From NCBI GenBank assembly GCA_020348925.1, contig CP070758.1, forward strand, positions 543,481 to 563,480: a stretch of DNA of 20,000 nt, read 5' to 3'. The position numbers were made by a program, and so were the translations under genes. This DNA is from Gemmatimonadota bacterium (lineage in GTDB: Bacteria > JBHIER01 > G020348925). The notes under the pieces were generated by a model. That model was not told where the DNA came from and ran no database searches. It saw only the letters and a program-made list of their open reading frames with translations. Positions 18,172 through 20,000 of this stretch are shown here, piece after piece. The first letter of the stretch is position 1. Each line of letters begins with the position of its first letter.

Positions 18172-18630
18172 ATGCCGAGACCGAGACGATGTCGTTGGGT
18201 TGGTTCGGAACCGAATTCGAGGTACTTCAAACCGAGGGGGATACCCCTGACACAATTGGAGGAGACGGTTCTGACCGTCGATGAGATGGAAGCGATTCGC
18301 CTGGCTGACCTGGAGGGGCTCTATCAGGAGGTGGCGGCAAAACGTATGAATGTATCACGTCAGACCTTCGGAAGGATCATCTCTTCGGCCCGGAGAAAGA
18401 TGGCCGATGCGATCATTCATGCCAAAGCCATCAAAATTGAAGGGGGCAACTACGTAATGGCCCAGCGGACATTTCGATGTTCCGACTGCGAGCACACCTG
18501 GAAGATGCCCCATGGCACGGATCGACCCAGCGCATGCCCCACCTGTGACAGTGTAAACATCCACCGTCCTGAAAAAGAGAGAGAACATGCGCGGAGAGGA
18601 GGGCCTGGGAGAGAATCCTGCGGTTCGTGA
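18172..18630 (+). CDS. DUF134 family DNA-binding protein with C-terminal zinc-ribbon-like extension
   Basis: Start MPRPRRCR at 18172 (AAGGAG RBS). FKPRGIP...L..DE.EAIRLADLEGLYQE.AA..M.VSRQTFGRI...AR.K.ADA motif, then CSDC...CPTC. Confidence 0.9.
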   Translation: MPRPRRCRWVGSEPNSRYFKPRGIPLTQLEETVLTVDEMEAIRLADLEGLYQEVAAKRMNVSRQTFGRIISSARRKMADAIIHAKAIKIEGGNYVMAQRTFRCSDCEHTWKMPHGTDRPSACPTCDSVNIHRPEKEREHARRGGPGRESCGS

Positions 18631-18660
18631 GGACTTGGAGATTTCAAAAAGGAGGTGACT

Positions 18661-19242
18661 ATGGACTGTGCCCGTTGCGGAAACAAGGAGTGTTATCGAG
18701 GGAAAGACTGCACCGACGTCACTCAAAAGGTTTTGATCCTCTACAAAGAGAATCCACACCATCTGAAGATGGCCAGTGTATCGGCCGAACTTGAGGGCAA
18801 CTACTATATGCAATTGACGCGATTGGAGGAATTGATTTCCTTCTGCCGCCTGATGGATTTCAAACAACTCGGCATCGCCTTCTGCGTTGGGCTCTCGGAG
18901 GAAGTTGAAAAACTGCATAAAATACTGACGAAGCATTTCAAAGTCTCATCGGTATTTTGTAAGATATGCGGGATTGAAAAGGACTACTTCGACCTTACGA
19001 AAATCGAAAAGGATAGGATCGAGGTGATGTGCAATCCCAGCGGGCAGGTAACGATTTTGAACAACGAGGGAACGGACCTCAACATCATCTTCGGTCTGTG
19101 CATCGGGCATGATATTCTCTTTACGAAACAATCACAGGCTCCGGTAACGACTCTGGTGGTGAAAGACCGGGTTTTGGCCCATAATCCAATCGGTGCGATC
19201 TATTCGGGCTATTACAGGAAGAAGAAATTCAATGAAAAGTAA
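18661..19242 (+). CDS. DUF1847 family Cys-rich putative metal-binding protein
   Basis: AGGAGG RBS. MDCARC...C..G.DC, TRLEELI.F, GIAFCVGL, CKICG, MCNP.GQ, GLCIGHD and TTLVVKDRVLAHNP motifs. Confidence 0.9.
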   Translation: MDCARCGNKECYRGKDCTDVTQKVLILYKENPHHLKMASVSAELEGNYYMQLTRLEELISFCRLMDFKQLGIAFCVGLSEEVEKLHKILTKHFKVSSVFCKICGIEKDYFDLTKIEKDRIEVMCNPSGQVTILNNEGTDLNIIFGLCIGHDILFTKQSQAPVTTLVVKDRVLAHNPIGAIYSGYYRKKKFNEK

Positions 19243-19249
19243 ATGAACC

Positions 19250-19690
19250 ATGATTACAATAAATATACCCGGAAGAGAACCGTACCGCATACATCATCTC
19301 GTTCTTGACGTGAACGGTACGATCGCCTGTGACGGACGATTGATCATGGGGGTTGCGGATCGCCTCCGTCGACTTTCACATCAGGTGAAAATTCATTTGC
19401 TCACCGCGGATACTCACGGCAAGCAGGAGGACATCGACAAAGAATTAGGCGTAACAGCGCACCGCATCCGGCTAAAAAATGAAGCGGAGGAGAAGGCGCA
19501 GTACATTATGCAACTCGGAGCTGAGTCTGTTGCGGCTATGGGCAATGGTTCCAATGACGCTGAACTTTTGGCTCAAGCGGAGTTGGGTCTGGCTGTCCTT
19601 GGTCCCGAAGGAGCTTCTCCGGAAGCGTTAAACGCAGCGGTTGTGATTGTCACCAACAGTGTAGGTCGTCAAAGCAAGTCGGAAGTTTAA
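19250..19690 (+). pseudogene. HAD-family (soluble P-type ATPase-like) hydrolase, C-terminus apparently replaced by an IS insertion at about 19660
   Basis: DVNGT motif I, LLTADTHG, K, and GNGSNDA..L..A.LG motifs. After AAVVIVTN the frame runs into the IS end (SVGRQSKSEV*). Confidence 0.75.
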
Positions 19691-20000
19691 TACCACATAT
19701 TAAGAGACGCTTTCAGCAAAATCAAGCGATTTCTTAGTTCTTCGAATCACCCCCTTTCCTAAATTCTCAAATCGTCTCAGTTTCAGCGTTTTCTCCTTGA
19801 TGTAATCCCGCATCCTCAGGATCTTCTGTTCCCTCCAATGATACACATCGGCAGGCGTGAGATTGTCCAATGACTCATGATAACGGTGGTTGTTGTAATA
19901 CTCCACATACTCTCCGATGGCGAGTTTCAGATCACCTGGAAAGTAGTAATTATCGAGGGTCACCACATTCTTCATCGACCGGTGATACCGTTCGATCTTC
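19660..20000 (-). mobile_element. IS481/IS3-superfamily insertion sequence, right end
   Basis: Terminus TGTAGGTCGTCAAA starting at 19660 (5'-TGT end as in IS481), 40 bp beyond the transposase stop. Confidence 0.75.
19700..20000 (-). CDS. DDE transposase (integrase core) C-terminal part
   Basis: KIERYHRSMK...YVEYYNNHRYHESLDNLTPADVY. The frame is open to the window edge. Confidence 0.9.
   Translation of the reverse strand, partial: KIERYHRSMKNVVTLDNYYFPGDLKLAIGEYVEYYNNHRYHESLDNLTPADVYHWREQKILRMRDYIKEKTLKLRRFENLGKGVIRRTKKSLDFAESVS

Overview
Bacterial genomic window, probably from an FCB-superphylum, KSB1/Calditrichota-like sediment organism (inferred from a T9SS-type C-terminal domain plus dockerin and Fib_succ_major proteins). 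Bases 1-9472 hold a minus-strand run of metabolic and redox genes: M19 dipeptidase, iron-sulfur flavoprotein, TauE, a CMD/AhpD-like protein, DUF5916, cupin, LUD, EamA, SDR and PhzF. A divergent LysR gene follows, then three secreted or surface protein genes, a 100-N scaffold gap, a TolC fusion, a DUF134-DUF1847-HAD operon, and an IS481-like element that truncates the HAD gene. Two signals stand out. First, the 64-aa ORF at 2476-2670 is really the front half of a 123-aa AhpD/CMD-like selenoprotein (C-Y-G-U motif, in-frame UGA, SECIS-like hairpin), preceded by a small ORF that also has an in-frame UGA. Second, a dockerin/Cys-repeat/Fib_succ_major gene has a 3' end resembling a diversity-generating retroelement (DGR) variable region, with no RT or template repeat in this window.
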